Shown here: one piece after another, positions 14,669 to 27,385 of the stretch
Layout of the letters: each line of letters opens with the position of its first letter
Numbering within the stretch: position 1 is the stretch's first letter
Translations under genes and position numbers: made by a program
The notes under the pieces: model-generated
The model's database searches: none
Seen by the model: only the letters and a program-made list of their open reading frames with translations
What the model was told of the DNA's origin: nothing
Source of the DNA: Massalongia carnosa
Lineage: Eukaryota
Assembly: GCA_965645245.1 (NCBI GenBank)
Contig: OZ287067.1
Location: 372,001-436,000, forward strand
Length of the DNA stretch: 64,000 bases
Direction of reading: 5' to 3'

Positions 14669-16185
14669 CTACGCCTTCCTCGACATCTTCTTTTCCGCCT
14701 TCCTCGTCCCCTTCTCGCGCTCGCGCTCCAGGAACTTCCTCTGCTCCTCGGCGCTCAGGCCCTTGAGCTTGACGTCCCGCGCCTCGCGCTTGCGCCGCTC
14801 GCTCTCTAGCCGGCGCTCCTCGGCCTTTTCGTCCTCATCCGCGCGGCGTAGTTTTCGGGCGGCATCGTCGCGGGTGGCACGCAGCTTGCGCTGGACCTCT
14901 GGGCGGTAGTGCGCGCTTTGGGCGAGGGTATCCGGGAGGCGGAGGAAGTGGGCGAAGAGGGGCAGTGTTTTAGGAGGGGTGGTAGTGGTGGTGAGGCGGA
15001 GGGAGAGGGATAAGCGCTTTCGGGGGGTGGTTTCGTTGAGTCTTCCGAAGAAATATGGGAATTAGCACAAGGACTAGCACCTGAGTGCTGTTTTAGGGCC
15101 TGAGAAAAGGAGCGGACTTACTTCTGAGGCTTGTCTAGAGGTTGGTCGGTAACGATAAGATATTCGAAATCGTCACCGGCCGCCTCGACGGCTTTGATTA
15201 GGTCCGCCGTAAGGAGCGAGTCGGTGATCTCGGCGCTCTCGCTCATGACGGTGGTCCAGACCGGGAGCTTAGCGTGGTCCTTGGTGCTGGTAAGGGAGAG
15301 ATCGTATCGATCCTCCCGCAAGTGGCGCATGCAGTCTTTGTGCACCACAGCCCAGACGAAGCCGTCATACGCCGACTGCGTGGTCCCTCGGAAGCGCGAA
15401 TCTTGCATTTCCTGCTCCTGCTTGGTGCGGAAGGGAACAAGTTCTTTCTCCTTGCCGTCGAAGGCGTACGCAGTGGCTTCCATGCGCTCCATCGGCGGCC
15501 GCGCGCTGTCGAGGAAGAAACTCATGAGCCACTCCAAGAGCAATGTCAGCGGGTTGTAGCGCTTGAATAACAAAAGCTTAATGTCCAAGAAAGCTACATT
15601 TTGCCGCCCTGTCGCGTAGGTGATGAATTCCTGCGCCGTCTTTTCTTTGAGAATGCTGTCAGAGATGACACGCTCGTCGTCCGTAGCGTTTGCGTGTGGT
15701 AGACCTGAACTTTGCATATCATCCGCCGCCGCCATTGACCTCCCTGAAAAGCCTACAACCGCGTATTCCTGCTCCAATACCGGCCCATGGACCTTGAGCC
15801 ATTGCTTCGCGATGCGCCTGTTCTTGCGGCGGCCCCATAGATGGAGCCCAATGACTAGGATGATGATGGGGAGAACAATAGCCTCTTGGTAGAAATCCTT
15901 CGGGCTGCTCCGTTCCCATACTCTATACCATTTGGTGTATGCGATGTTGGGCGGAGAAGTAGGCTGAGCCACCTTTTGATTTGCAGCAACCGTCGTTACT
16001 GGAGAGATGGAGGCTGGTAGAGGATCGGGTGCCCCGGCGAAATCAGCGAAATCTATGGTAGTTAGTACAACCTAGATGTTTGGACGTTCTTATTTTGGGC
16101 AAGGCACACCTGCTTCTTCACTGGCGGGAGATGGTGGAGGAGCCGACTTCCCAAACCCAAAATAATCCTTCAATATTTCCGCCAT
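14669..16185 (-). CDS. DUF1682 / CCDC47 (PAT complex subunit) homolog, 3 exons
   Basis: MAEILKDYFG...^DFADFAGAPDP, one TM helix then WGRRKNRRIAKQW, YATGRQNV, FVWAVVHK. Basic coiled-coil C-terminus ending KMSRKA*. Introns 16053-16109 and about 15043-15121. Confidence 0.88.
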
Positions 16186-16700
16186 AGTGAGTGAAGCGCA
16201 CTCCAATCTTTCTCCTCCCCAATTTTCACGTTCTTGGGATGCTTTCCTTAGGATTAACAAGTCGCTATCACGAATTAATACAACGTATTGATACAAATAT
16301 TACAATCCCGCGTATTTTTCAGCCTCGATTGAAGTTCACGCTAGTACTCTGTATTGATGAAAACAGGAGGCTTCACGAAGAACTCAATGAGCGCATTTCT
16401 CACGTAGTTTAGAAGAAGATTCATTAAAACTAGTAACTACGCCAGCTATGTAAATTTTCATGCCAAACTCCCAATAACTCTAATCACACATAGCCATGTA
16501 GGAAACCGTAGTATCTTGGATTTGCGGAATGGTCAAACAGTCTCCATAAGATTCCCTCTCCCAGAGCTTCGACCAATTTTGCCATCCATGCGAATGCTGT
16601 CTCGAGCGCCGTGCTTGCTTCATCCATGGTCCAAACTTCCCATACGAGGTAGGCTGCGCTTCGTTCATTGCCCGCAAATGCCTTCTTCGATGTCTCGTGT

Positions 16701-17321
16701 CTAATCCTTGCCGAACCAGGTCTTGTGTCCCTATAGAATATGTGAGCTTCTTTTGTTTCGGAGCGTCCGCTCTATATGAGTGGCTTACAAATAGTAGGCG
16801 AGTCATCATATACATTGATCCTTTGAATGAGATTAGTGAAGCGAAATATGGGATCGGAGGAAAGACAGTTTGCTTGCCTGCAAAGCCTCCAAACAGAATT
16901 GTGTAATATGGATACAACATGTACTTGCTGCGGGGTGACTATGTGATAATTTGTCAGCTTGGTTGCGCTTCTTGTTCCTGTGTCCTCAACGTCCTCGTAA
17001 TGCCAAATTGCGATAGTAAGCTCTGCTAGCTGTCCGGCTTCGACGGCTAAATAATGCTCGATGGTTTTCTACTGACCTTATTCCATAGCCGCACCCCATC
17101 GTTCTTTTGATAGAGACGTTGGTAATAAGGTACGCGGTTGTCTCGATTTATAAAGCTAGAACCAAACCAATCCGTTAGCTGCAAGTGAAGGGTAAAAGTA
17201 GAAGGTCTTGAAAATAAGGAAGATTGTGGAATTTGTATCAGCATTCGAGTGGAGGCATGCTATGCAAGAGATCAAGAAGCGTTAACGCATACAAGATGAA
17301 ACCATACACATACCCTGCCAT
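16701..17321 (-). CDS. COX7: cytochrome c oxidase subunit VII (COX7a family), 5 exons, 69 aa
   Basis: Spliced: MAGFINRDNRVPYYQRLYQKNDGVRLWNKSPRSKYMLYPYYTILFGGFAGSMYMMTRLLFGHKTWFGKD. Intron 3 (16821-16877) is GC-AG. Confidence 0.82.
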
Positions 17322-17429
17322 AATGATTTCTGAACGAGTGTGGTCACTGTATCTCAGTCTGGGACCTGTAAGAGTTCTGTAGCTGTTGGTCGCGATGTCA
17401 GTGCTACAGAGTACTTTTCCTCATAGGGC

Positions 17430-18112
17430 TTGCCTCAGTACCTCAGACGTGCGTGGGCTCTAGGAGCCGTCTAAGCCCCTCCGGGTTAGCCTATTTAGCT
17501 AAGCTCCTTCGGATTAGCGTCCCAGCTGACTAACGTGGCTGCGATAGCACGTCTGAGCGCAAAACTAAATATTACGGTCAGATATTCGTAATACATCGTG
17601 TATTATTGCGATTTTTCGACATTTTGACGTCTTGCTTTTTCATTTGACACGGGCTATTTCTTCGAAAGAATTCAAGTAGAATTTGTATAGAAGGTTTTCT
17701 GAAATTCCTATTCGTTGTAAAGTTCATGTGGGGGCAATCTGATTGCACTTCGCATAAAAATCGAGAATCGACTTAACGAAAATAACAAGATGTATGTAAA
17801 ATTGCTCTGCACGTTATAAACATAAATAAAGATTGAAATTTATAACGAAAAAATCAAAAATACATTGATCATGATCATATCAAGCGACGACGACGTTACA
17901 AACATGAAAACAATGAAGTTGTGACGTTGTACTATAAGGTCGAAATCGTTCTTGTCATGATCGTTAAGCCATATCTGACCGTAATCTTGAGTTTTGGGCT
18001 CAGACTTGCTACAGATGTGCTGCGTAGTCAGCCTGTTAACCCGAAGGGGCTTAACGTTCTGTAAGGCTAACCCGAAGGGGCTTAGCCGGGCACGTCTGAG
18101 GTACTGAGGCAA
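17430..18112. mobile_element. 683-bp MITE with 23-bp perfect TIRs and 8-bp TSD (hAT-like by TSD length)
   Basis: TIR TTGCCTCAGTACCTCAGACGTGC 17430-17452 / 18090-18112. TSD CATAGGGC 17422-17429 and 18113-18120. Subterminal TAAGCCCCT(T/C)CGGGTTA-type repeats and AT-rich core. Confidence 0.93.
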
Positions 18113-18249
18113 CATAGGGCTGACACAGTCGTGTCTGATGAGTCAGCAAAATCCCTTGAATTAAGACGAAAGCCTACGAAATCCACTCTGTACTTCTGCT
18201 ATTTCCAACATCGTGGATGGCCGTTAGCAACTTGTAGGTTTCCTTCTGC

Positions 18250-20607
18250 ATGCGATCGATAGTGCAAAGGCTTCCGGCGAGACCTACAACTCTTCGACTT
18301 CTCGGCGCTGCCTCTGGATCACCAAAACTCGCACGACTTAGATTTTTCGCCCCCGGTCACAGAGAAAATTCTGACTTCGCTTTAGTTGTTAGAGACCAGG
18401 ACTGCGACGGACGCTCACAGTACTTTGCGCGGGGGATAAATCACATCTATGAGTCGGCCGGCAGAGAAGCAGAAGCTGAGGTCATCGGGTCGTGGAGAAA
18501 CCACCTCATAACATATGAACAGTGCTACTATGAATCTAATCTAGGCGGCACGTCCAGTAAAGGGATTCGCCTTGTTGACCAGGATGCATTTAGCTCAAAT
18601 TTTGATCTCTGGCTCGAATTGATACGCTTTAGGAGGCGCCATAAAGATGCTGATGGTATCAACGCTATATGGAAAAAGCTTCTCGCTAGAAAGCTTCATT
18701 TGCCAACCCAGGGAGCTACGGCAGACGAGTTATGGGATCAGTTTCTCCGATTCGGGTGGGAGACAGACAGTATTGCGGACATCATCATACCCAATGCCAA
18801 AACTATGAAAGCAGCGACAGGCCTGGCATGGCCAAAGCTCTATACTAGAATTCTAGGCTATTGCTTGAAGAAGAATCCCCAGAATAGCTCCCTCTGGCAC
18901 GATCTTCTACATAAAGACTTTCCGCCCTCCTCGGAACATCTCAAAGAATTATTCAGCCTGGCGGTTTCTAACAGAGACGCCCTTAAAGCCTTCCGATTTC
19001 TTTATATGAGCCTACCGAACCGCGATTTGTACGCAACGATAATCCCGCAGCTGTGCAGTTTGCAGTATTATACGCTTGCGAGTCGGTGGCATAGACTCCT
19101 GATGAAGGTCCAAGATATACCGTCGACATCTACCACTGTGCAGCCATTGCTTGATCATCTAGTGGTCTATGGTAACAAAAATGATCTGGCAGATATGAAT
19201 AAGAAAATGGCGGATGCTGGGGTGTCACTCGTACCGTTCAACGGACAAGATTTCCGTGAAATATTGAATAGGCAACTTGGACAAATTCACCGCATTGCTC
19301 CTAAGGTTCTTAGTGATGAGTTCTGTGCCCGTCTATTTGCAACAGCAATGTTCTCGGTGGACACTATAATCAATGGACTTCTTATGCTTGGGGTCGATGC
19401 CATTGGGCCACTTGCTCTGCGAGAACTTGTATCACGAGAGGGTTCTTCTCCGGTAAATTGTCGCCGTCGACTAGCCCAGTTGAAGCTTGCAGGAATCACG
19501 GTGGGTCATTCAACGTTCTCCAAGTTGGTGTGTAATCTAGCTTCTCAAGATAAGGCGCAGCTTTTGGCCGACGTGGTGAATTGCGAGATGCACCCAGATG
19601 CGTTTGATGACCGAAAGCTTCAGGAGTCATTACTCACCAGGTATCACGAGTATGGCGATGCTCTTAAAGCGAGGAGAACACTTGCCATTCTCGCTGCAAT
19701 GTCTTCACCGGCTAGAGCTACAATCTTGCATTGGAACGTGATGCTTCGCAGCGCTCTGAGACGACAAGATCGAGTAAATGTACACAAGATTCTCGAGGCA
19801 ATGCATGAACACCAAGTGCCGATTAGTGCAAAGTCAAGCAGCCTCGTACGTGTGTATATGATTTCAAGGCGACAAGTTGCACGTCGTCCCGTCACCACGA
19901 GGGAGCTACCACCAATCATCGCCATTTTCCAAAGAATACTTCGAAGCGGAGGAACAGTGCCAGCGTATGATTGGAGAGATATTCTGCGACGCCTTGGGAT
20001 GATGGGTGAGTTGATAGAACTAGAAAAACTTGCCATCTGGCTGGCGGATTGGTATTCCAACCCCACTGCCTGTGCCGCTCAATCCAGCCATTTTCACCCC
20101 CGAAACAAACACATCCCCCGAGACCTCTCGCCCTTGCACCCACAACATCCTCTGCGCATCATTTTCCCTGCCGCCGCCCAATCCGCCATCATAGCCTGGG
20201 GGTTCCAGCACCCAGGCGACATCGAACAGCGTGTCCGGCAACTCCGAAATCGAGGCCTAACGTGGCGCTGGGGGCTGCAGCTCTTGCGCAAACTCCGGGG
20301 TCGCGGCGTGCCCATCGCTCGCGAAACGGTGGCCAGCGCGTGCCGACTGCGCCTGATCGCGCTGTTCCGGCGAGGGCGATCAAATCGACGAATCAACCGG
20401 CGGGCTCGAGCGAGGAACGCACATCCACTCGAGTACTATGCCGAGGAGATTGAGAAAGTATGGGGGAAGGATGTGTTTGGCATCTGTCCTTCGCTGCCGA
20501 GGGGCCATCCGTGGAAGCTGGTGCAGATCAAGGAGATGGTGATGGGCGAACATATGGACGGGGACGCAGATACGCGTGATCCTCATCTTGAGTCGCAAGG
20601 GAGTTGA
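18250..20607 (+). CDS. probable mitochondrial pentatricopeptide-repeat (PPR)-like protein, 785 aa, single exon
   Basis: Long intact ORF with Arg/Ser-rich presequence-like N-terminus and helical repeats (WNVMLRSALRR..., YATIIPQLC). SDEFCARLFAT and GVDAIGPLALRE resemble fungal PPR proteins. Confidence 0.75.
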   Translation: MRSIVQRLPARPTTLRLLGAASGSPKLARLRFFAPGHRENSDFALVVRDQDCDGRSQYFARGINHIYESAGREAEAEVIGSWRNHLITYEQCYYESNLGGTSSKGIRLVDQDAFSSNFDLWLELIRFRRRHKDADGINAIWKKLLARKLHLPTQGATADELWDQFLRFGWETDSIADIIIPNAKTMKAATGLAWPKLYTRILGYCLKKNPQNSSLWHDLLHKDFPPSSEHLKELFSLAVSNRDALKAFRFLYMSLPNRDLYATIIPQLCSLQYYTLASRWHRLLMKVQDIPSTSTTVQPLLDHLVVYGNKNDLADMNKKMADAGVSLVPFNGQDFREILNRQLGQIHRIAPKVLSDEFCARLFATAMFSVDTIINGLLMLGVDAIGPLALRELVSREGSSPVNCRRRLAQLKLAGITVGHSTFSKLVCNLASQDKAQLLADVVNCEMHPDAFDDRKLQESLLTRYHEYGDALKARRTLAILAAMSSPARATILHWNVMLRSALRRQDRVNVHKILEAMHEHQVPISAKSSSLVRVYMISRRQVARRPVTTRELPPIIAIFQRILRSGGTVPAYDWRDILRRLGMMGELIELEKLAIWLADWYSNPTACAAQSSHFHPRNKHIPRDLSPLHPQHPLRIIFPAAAQSAIIAWGFQHPGDIEQRVRQLRNRGLTWRWGLQLLRKLRGRGVPIARETVASACRLRLIALFRRGRSNRRINRRARARNAHPLEYYAEEIEKVWGKDVFGICPSLPRGHPWKLVQIKEMVMGEHMDGDADTRDPHLESQGS

Positions 20608-21775
20608 TGCGGAAAGGAGCTACAGGAGGGCACTAAAGCCTGAACGTGTTTGGAGGGGGTTATATGACTCTCTCATAGGCAATAATTCCATCTTCGTGTC
20701 TACGAAAATGTCTCTTGACGTTTCCAAAGACCATGCTATTCCTGGAACCTGCTTTCACACCGCCCAACCCATCAATAACCACCACCACCGACAAAACTCC
20801 GTCGTTTTGGGCAGCTAGGATAGCTAAACCCTCCATTCTCGCTCTCTAAACCTGTAATTACGAAGCACTGAAAATGTTGTACAGAATCCCTCTCTGTGAT
20901 GTGATATACGCGTTGAACCCCTACAGAGTACAGAGTATTCTATATCTTAATACGTACCTAGAAACGCAGCACGCTAGGAAAAATTCCCCATAGCCCTACA
21001 GCCCTACAGCCCTAGTCCTCAGCCCTACCCGCCAAACACAAAGCAACGCTAACTAAACGCCACGTCCAATCCCTATCCTCATCCTTCCCGCATTTCCCGA
21101 TACGCTAACGCTACTGATCGCAAAAGGTCAACGTTCACGTATAACGCTAACGCTTTTCGTGCAAGCTTCACCACTTATCACAGCCGAAAATAAAGCGTGA
21201 AAGAAAGTCTAACGCAAAGAGGAAGCATGCACCGACCAAATCAATCAGCCCGATCACCCCGTTAACGGTGGAGAGTAAACAAAACAGCGGAGGGTTGAAG
21301 ACGGAGTTAAGGAGGGGGGCGGAAATGGGAAGGGTTTTTCGTGGTGAGTGTTTTTTGCTGCGACAAAGTAGTGCTGAATGACTTTTTTTTTTTTAAAAAT
21401 CTAGGTAGTTGAGATTGAGGGATAACTTTTTTTGATAGAAGGGTTCTCGGTTATCATTTCCTCATCGTTCATCTCTTGTCACTAGTCAATGCCCAGCTGT
21501 CAATCATATCACGGAAACTGTTGTTGGTGTTGTTTCCTGGGTTTCACTGTCGGGATCGCAGAGAGAGAGGATACATAAAGTAAGAGGGAAGGTCTTTTCT
21601 CGACTCTTGACTATTGACTGTTCACGACAGATATACTCTATACATACCTTTTTATCATCTTTCTCTTTTCGCGATCACCCACGATGGATGCATAGCATAT
21701 AGTTAAAACAGAGAACCTGTTTGCTAATATCGCCATTGGTGGCAGGCGAAAGGTTTACTGCGCGCGGTGAGGAGG

Positions 21776-24302
21776 ATGGTCGGGAAGCCGAAGGCGAAGG
21801 TGTATGGGAAGAGGAAGGGGGGAGATGTGGCGGATGCGTTTGGGCAGTTGGCGCTGGGGTCGCCGGGGAAAGGTACGTTGTGGTTATTCAACCTTTCTTG
21901 GTTGCGGTCTTTTTTCTTCCTTTTCAACCTGTGCCATTGCTACCGTCGTCGAGAATTTGTTTCAGGAGATTATAGAACTCACTTCGCTTATAGCCACCAC
22001 TTCGCATCCATCACCCAAGCCACAGCGCGATGCCCTTGGGCTGAGGTCTCATAACGCCGGACAGCTGAAGGAGGGCCGCGGTGGTGACGCAGGGCACAAA
22101 GGCGATCGCTTGCAGGAGAATCGTCCGATCTTGGAGCACAGCCAAATTGAAGAGGTGGAGGCTGATGCTGATGGCGAGGAGCAAGACGAGGACGTTGGCG
22201 AAGGGCTTTCACACCACCGCCCTAGGGCTTTGAGGCGAGTGAGGGAGCGAAATTTGATGCTGGGAGAGCAGCCAGGCGCATTGAGGACTGGAAGCAAGAA
22301 CTTGGGTTTCAGGAGCGTTCCTATAAAGACGGCAGCCGGAGCTCGAAGATTGAGTAAAGACTCCGACGAGGAGCTTGCTACTCCCAAAGGAAAAGCGCGC
22401 CAAGAAGCCACTGTCGAGGATTCGAGCGTTTCCCCAATTGAAACGAAGATCAAGGCTTCCAAGAGACTCGTCAGAGCGAGTGCAGAGAGAGCCCCGAGGC
22501 CGGGACTAGCTGCGACCGAAGAGCTTTCCACATCCAGGACCAAATCACACCACGTCGTCGCTATCCAGGATCTCGGCACATCGGAAACGGGGCCGAAGAA
22601 TAGGCCTAGCACAACTACTGCCAAAGAGAGCATAGGGAAGGACACGAGCCTGAATACTGACGCTAGTGAAAAGCTTGCGATTATCAGGGGAAAGGAGCAC
22701 CGAGACGCCATTGCCGAGGACCTTATTGCTACTACTTCCAGCGAGAGCTCGAAGATTTGCCGTAGAAATGCTGCGCGAGGCCCAAGAGAACAACCTAGTC
22801 GATCTTGCTTGAAGCTAGACAAAGAATTTGCTATGCCTGAAGGCGAGTTGGACGGGCATGGTCTCGAATGGAAAGGAAAGGCCAAGGATGTTGGGGCTCC
22901 AAGTACCACGAAGAAGGGCAAGAAGAAAGCACCAACCTCACAAAGCTCAGCACAATCTCCCCCAACTCTTCTGGAAACGACACACAGAGCGTTACGGCCA
23001 AAAAGAAATGCTGCCAAGGTCGCCTCAACCCACCAGCTAGCGCTCAACAAAAAGACAATAGAGCACCTTAAGCCGCTGACCGACGTCGAAGGCGTCACGC
23101 AGATAAGGGACATCGACCAATGGCACGCGGAGTGGACAAGCCTCTGCACCATGACTAAGATCGCCGAAGGATCCTACGGCAGCGTGTTTCTGATGAGCGA
23201 CAAGAAGGCCACCCAGCGCGCCACCATCGGAAAGCTGATGCCGCTAAGGGCCGCGGCCGGTGTTGGCTCCCGCAAAGTAACCAACACGCGCGTCGCGGAC
23301 GCCGTGAGCGAAGTTCGCTTGCTGGAGCTGATGAACGACGTGCCCGGCTTTGTAGGGTTCCGCGGCGCGGATGTGCTCGTGGGAGCCCTCCCACCAACCC
23401 TGCGGGCCGAGTACGCAGCCTACCAGGCGCGGCAGCCCAAGTCGACCAGCGAATCTTCCAGCAGCGAGGGTGAAACTTGGTACTACCCACGGCAGCAGGC
23501 CTGGGTGTTCATCGAGATGGACGACGCGGGGGTCGAGTTAGACCGGGCTCTCTCCCGCAGATCCGAAGACCCAGGGCTGCTGCTGGTCGGGGATAAGGGG
23601 GTGGCACGGCACCTGCCCGTCCGGCGGACGCGTGACGTGTTCTGGGGCGTGGTGGAGGCACTCGCGCGTGGGGAGGTGATGCACCGGTTCGAGCACCGGG
23701 ACCTGCACACCAGCAACATCTGCGTGCAGCGGCAGGGCGGGGAGGAGGACTCGGGCGACGGGCTTGTTCCCGCGAAGAGCAACCTTGTAGTCACCATCAT
23801 CGACTACACCCTCTCCCGTGCCTCCCTGCCCAGCGCCTCTTTCCCCTCTGCGGCCCTCTTCCACACGATGCTCGACCCATCCCTCTTCATCGGCGAGGGT
23901 GACCCACAGTTCGACATCTACCGGCACATGCGGGAGTTCGTCGGCGCCGTTCCCGACCCGTGCGTGTGGGCCGCCTATGTGCCCCTCACCAACGCCCTTT
24001 GGCTTTCCTTCCTCCTCGGCAAGCTAATGGAGTGGACGCCTCGCCCGGCGCACCACGAGGGGGAGCAGGCGCTATGGGATGCGCTGGTGGAGTTGCAGGG
24101 GGCGCTGCGGCTGGAGGATCGGTGGGGGTGGGATTTTTTGTCGGCGGCGGAGGTAGCACGGTGGATGGAGGTGGGGAGGGAGGCTTTTCTAGCGGAAGTT
24201 AGGGATGGGGAGGAAGACGGAGCGGTGGGTGGGGAAGACGAAGGGCGGGTGATAGGGTTGTTGCGGGGAGCGAGGCGTGAGAAGTTGTTGCAGGAGTTAT
24301 GA
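21776..24302 (+). CDS. haspin-family Ser/Thr kinase, 2 exons
   Basis: KIAEGSYGSVF, FEHRDLHTSNI, IIDYTLSRA (haspin DYT in place of DFG), GEGDPQFDIYRHMR. Exon 1 21776-21872, acceptor probably 21993 (21975 is also in frame). Confidence 0.92.
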
Positions 24303-25728
24303 GGGGAGTACATATATACCCTGGTGCGTGGGTCCGAGTTCTTTTTCCTTTTCTTCATAGCCCAGCGACCACCAGCGGGCGAAGGGGGCGTTTTACTGGC
24401 GCGTTGGTTTCGAGATACCCCTTAGATAGGGTTGCTGGCTGGGCTGGGCTTGGCCAGAAGCACAGAGCGACTAGGCTTCCCAAAAGACATGTGATCCCGG
24501 TCGAGGGTGGTTTTATATTCATGACAGGCTAGTGGTGGTTCTGCTATAAATCCAAACAAAAATAATCAAGTAAATTTGGAAAGGAGGATTGGATTGCCGC
24601 GAGGACGAGATGAGACGCCTCTCAAATATACCCATCACCAAAACTTCCTCTTGTTTGAAAACTCCGCTGCAAGCCAGCATTTTATGCATGGCTATCAAAC
24701 GCCAACAAAACAAACCCCACACAATCCCACACTCGCGCAGTCTCAATCAGTTAGTTAGCCCAAGCCCAAACCGCTCACTAAACCAGTCTGGAAAAGTCAT
24801 GTCTCGACAAGGTCGAATCGAATCTACCATATCCGAAAGAAGGGGGTTTTTGGAAATAAACACCTGGGCAGAAAAGCAGACTTCGCACGCGGACGAGCGA
24901 CTACTCACGCGAATGTTCGAAAACGCAAGGTCCTAACTGTCGCTATTGTGTTTTGTCGTGTTTGTGGCTGATATATGTATGTTGTGGATGGAAGAGCGAT
25001 AGATAGATACCCTGGAACGGGATAAAGGACCTAGGAGCTGGGTTTGGCTAGCCATTGTATTAATTAGCAAACGGGTCAGTACCATGGACGTAGAAGGCGT
25101 TTGTTTTTGTGCTGTCCTCCTACCTTCCTCATCCTTGTATGTACCTAGAGTCTTTGGGGGAACTCGGCGGGCTGTGGGTAGGTGGTTGGAGGGGCAGGCT
25201 GGATAGAGGATTTCCCTTGGTATTTGGGCGTTGTCAGTTGGCTTTTTTATGCATGAAGGAGAGAGCGAGGATTGTAAGTGTAGAATCGACGGGGTTTGGG
25301 ATCTTATAGATACAATATACTTCATGCGATGGGTTGAAGTTGGCCTCACCCAGCTTTTGTCTACTGGCTCGGGTAAGTTCGTACGTGTCAGCTGCTTGGC
25401 CTTGGGTAACTTCAACGGTTTGCTTTGTTTCTTATCTCGCGGAGATTTTGTATCCTTTGCCAGTTTTTCTCAGAACCAAGCTTCCTTTCTCAGTGTGGGA
25501 CGGGAGATAAATCCCCTATCGGCTAATGAAAGATGACTGCCAAACTCCGAATAAAAATGAGGTAAGCACAGCAGCTTATCAAGACTAACGAGAAGAAACG
25601 CAGCGCTGCTGATTAACAGCTTCGATTAATCTTCCGCTTCGTTCATCTCTCTCCCTCACTCCCTCCTCCTCCTTTCTTGCCCCTCAATGCGCCATATTTG
25701 TCGATTATCCACGGTCATATATGGAATA

Positions 25729-27385
25729 CTATCCAAGAGAAAGGGCTCTTTGAGTGTATGACTCCCCATCAGAGCCGAGGGTGTAGTCAGCAATTGTAGT
25801 TCCATTAACCTGAAAGAAGCAGTGATCGCTTTCCAGCCCTTCGCCGTAGTATGCAGCAGCCCGCGTAATATGCGTACCCGGATCGGCCAGCCCAATTGCG
25901 ATAGGCTTGTCGGAGCTAAACTCCGATTTTTCTGCTAATAGCTGAACTGTATGCCTTACCACATTGTTTGACGGATCTTGGAAATAGAGATTACCAGAAC
26001 CATTGAAATCCAATGCTGAGTTGACATGTATCGAGAATTTAGAGACGGGACCTGAGGTCAGGTAAGGATTGAGAGCAATACGAATCTCGGAAGGCGTGAA
26101 GAACGATGAAATAGAGGCGCACCTTTTGTCCAGGCCCCAAGCGGGTGGGATGGCTCAACGCCTTGACCGTTCGAGGATCCAACCATGTCCTTCCACCAAA
26201 GCTCGATCTGATTAGATGGATTGATAGAGAACAAATACATTGTAGAACTGCAGTTACACGCAAGCGCGCCAGTGCCGCTAACATTGTTCAACACAAAGGC
26301 TGGCGTCCAGGATTGATCCCCTATTCTCCACTTAATCAGATGAACAAGATTGTCGAAAGCTCCATAAAAGATACGGAGCTCCATGTTGTTGATATTTGAA
26401 GGGTCATCCAGCTGGCACGCTGTTAACCCGACAGTTGAGCTTTGGGAAACGTAAAATCTAGCATTACCAAGGGGGCCACTATGCCAGCTTTCAGTCAGAT
26501 TGGGTCTGATTAGTTCTTGCAACACGTTAGAAGCATCGACGTAGAAAAGATGAGACTATTAGGAAATACGTAAGTCAAAAACACCTAGATCAATCCAACG
26601 CAGGTGTCTATACCACAAGATTGCTGTTTGCTGTGTAGGAAATAGTTGCAAGCGGAGTCCCGCTCCTTATATTCGAAGCAACTACGGCATCAGAGCTCAG
26701 GCCTCCGGCCCACTCCGTACCGTTTTTCGAGGCGAGCTCTCGTATTTGGCCGGCATCATCCTGAAAATATATGTAAGAATTGTTGCTGAGGTTTTTGTAT
26801 CGCAGGGTTGCTAGCCCAGTGCTGTTGATAGCTCTAGACACGAGCTCGGTACTTTGGACGGAATTGTTGAAAGTGCTAGAAGATGGAGGCGATAGCTGTG
26901 AGGGATTGCTACACCACGATTAATAAGCTTCTCCTGATACACAAATAAAGAGGGATGCTGTACTTGACCCGCTTTCCAGGTTGCCTTAGAATGAGGGGTA
27001 TGGTGATGGCAACGGCCATCAAGATACCAAGGACTGCAATTACTGTTAGGATGAGCTTTTTTTCCCTTCTGAAACATCGCTTGAGATAGGTCTTCACATC
27101 GTGTGATTCATGCATAGCCTCCTTCTCTTCTGTTCCGAGCTGCACTTGAGGGGCAAGGCCGCTACCGAGCTCTAAATAAGCAGACTCTAGCTCAGAAACG
27201 TATCCTATCGTCAAAGATCCATATTTGACAGGGTTGACTTCCAAACCAGAGGTCTCTGCTAATGCTCTCCAGGCGGAAGCCAAGGGGTCAATCTCGAGGT
27301 GCGCTGGGAATTTATTGACCTCGAGACCTTCAGACAAGCTTCCGACTGAGCCATTATACGAACGAGCTGACAATGCATCATCCAT
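25729..27385 (-). CDS. single-pass membrane protein with fungal fucose-specific lectin-like beta-propeller, about 4 exons
   Basis: TM helix LILTVIAVLGILMAVAITIPLIL after a basic stretch. Blade-like repeats YIYFQDDAGQIRE...W, GTPLA, LRIFYGAFDNLVH...W, LYFQDPSNNVV. Exon borders approximate. Confidence 0.68.

Noticed and set aside
22049..23152. 367-aa antisense ORF, and similar antisense ORFs over MDM34, MDL1, RTT103 and pol
   Set aside because: Shadow frames of real GC-rich coding sequence with no independent motifs.
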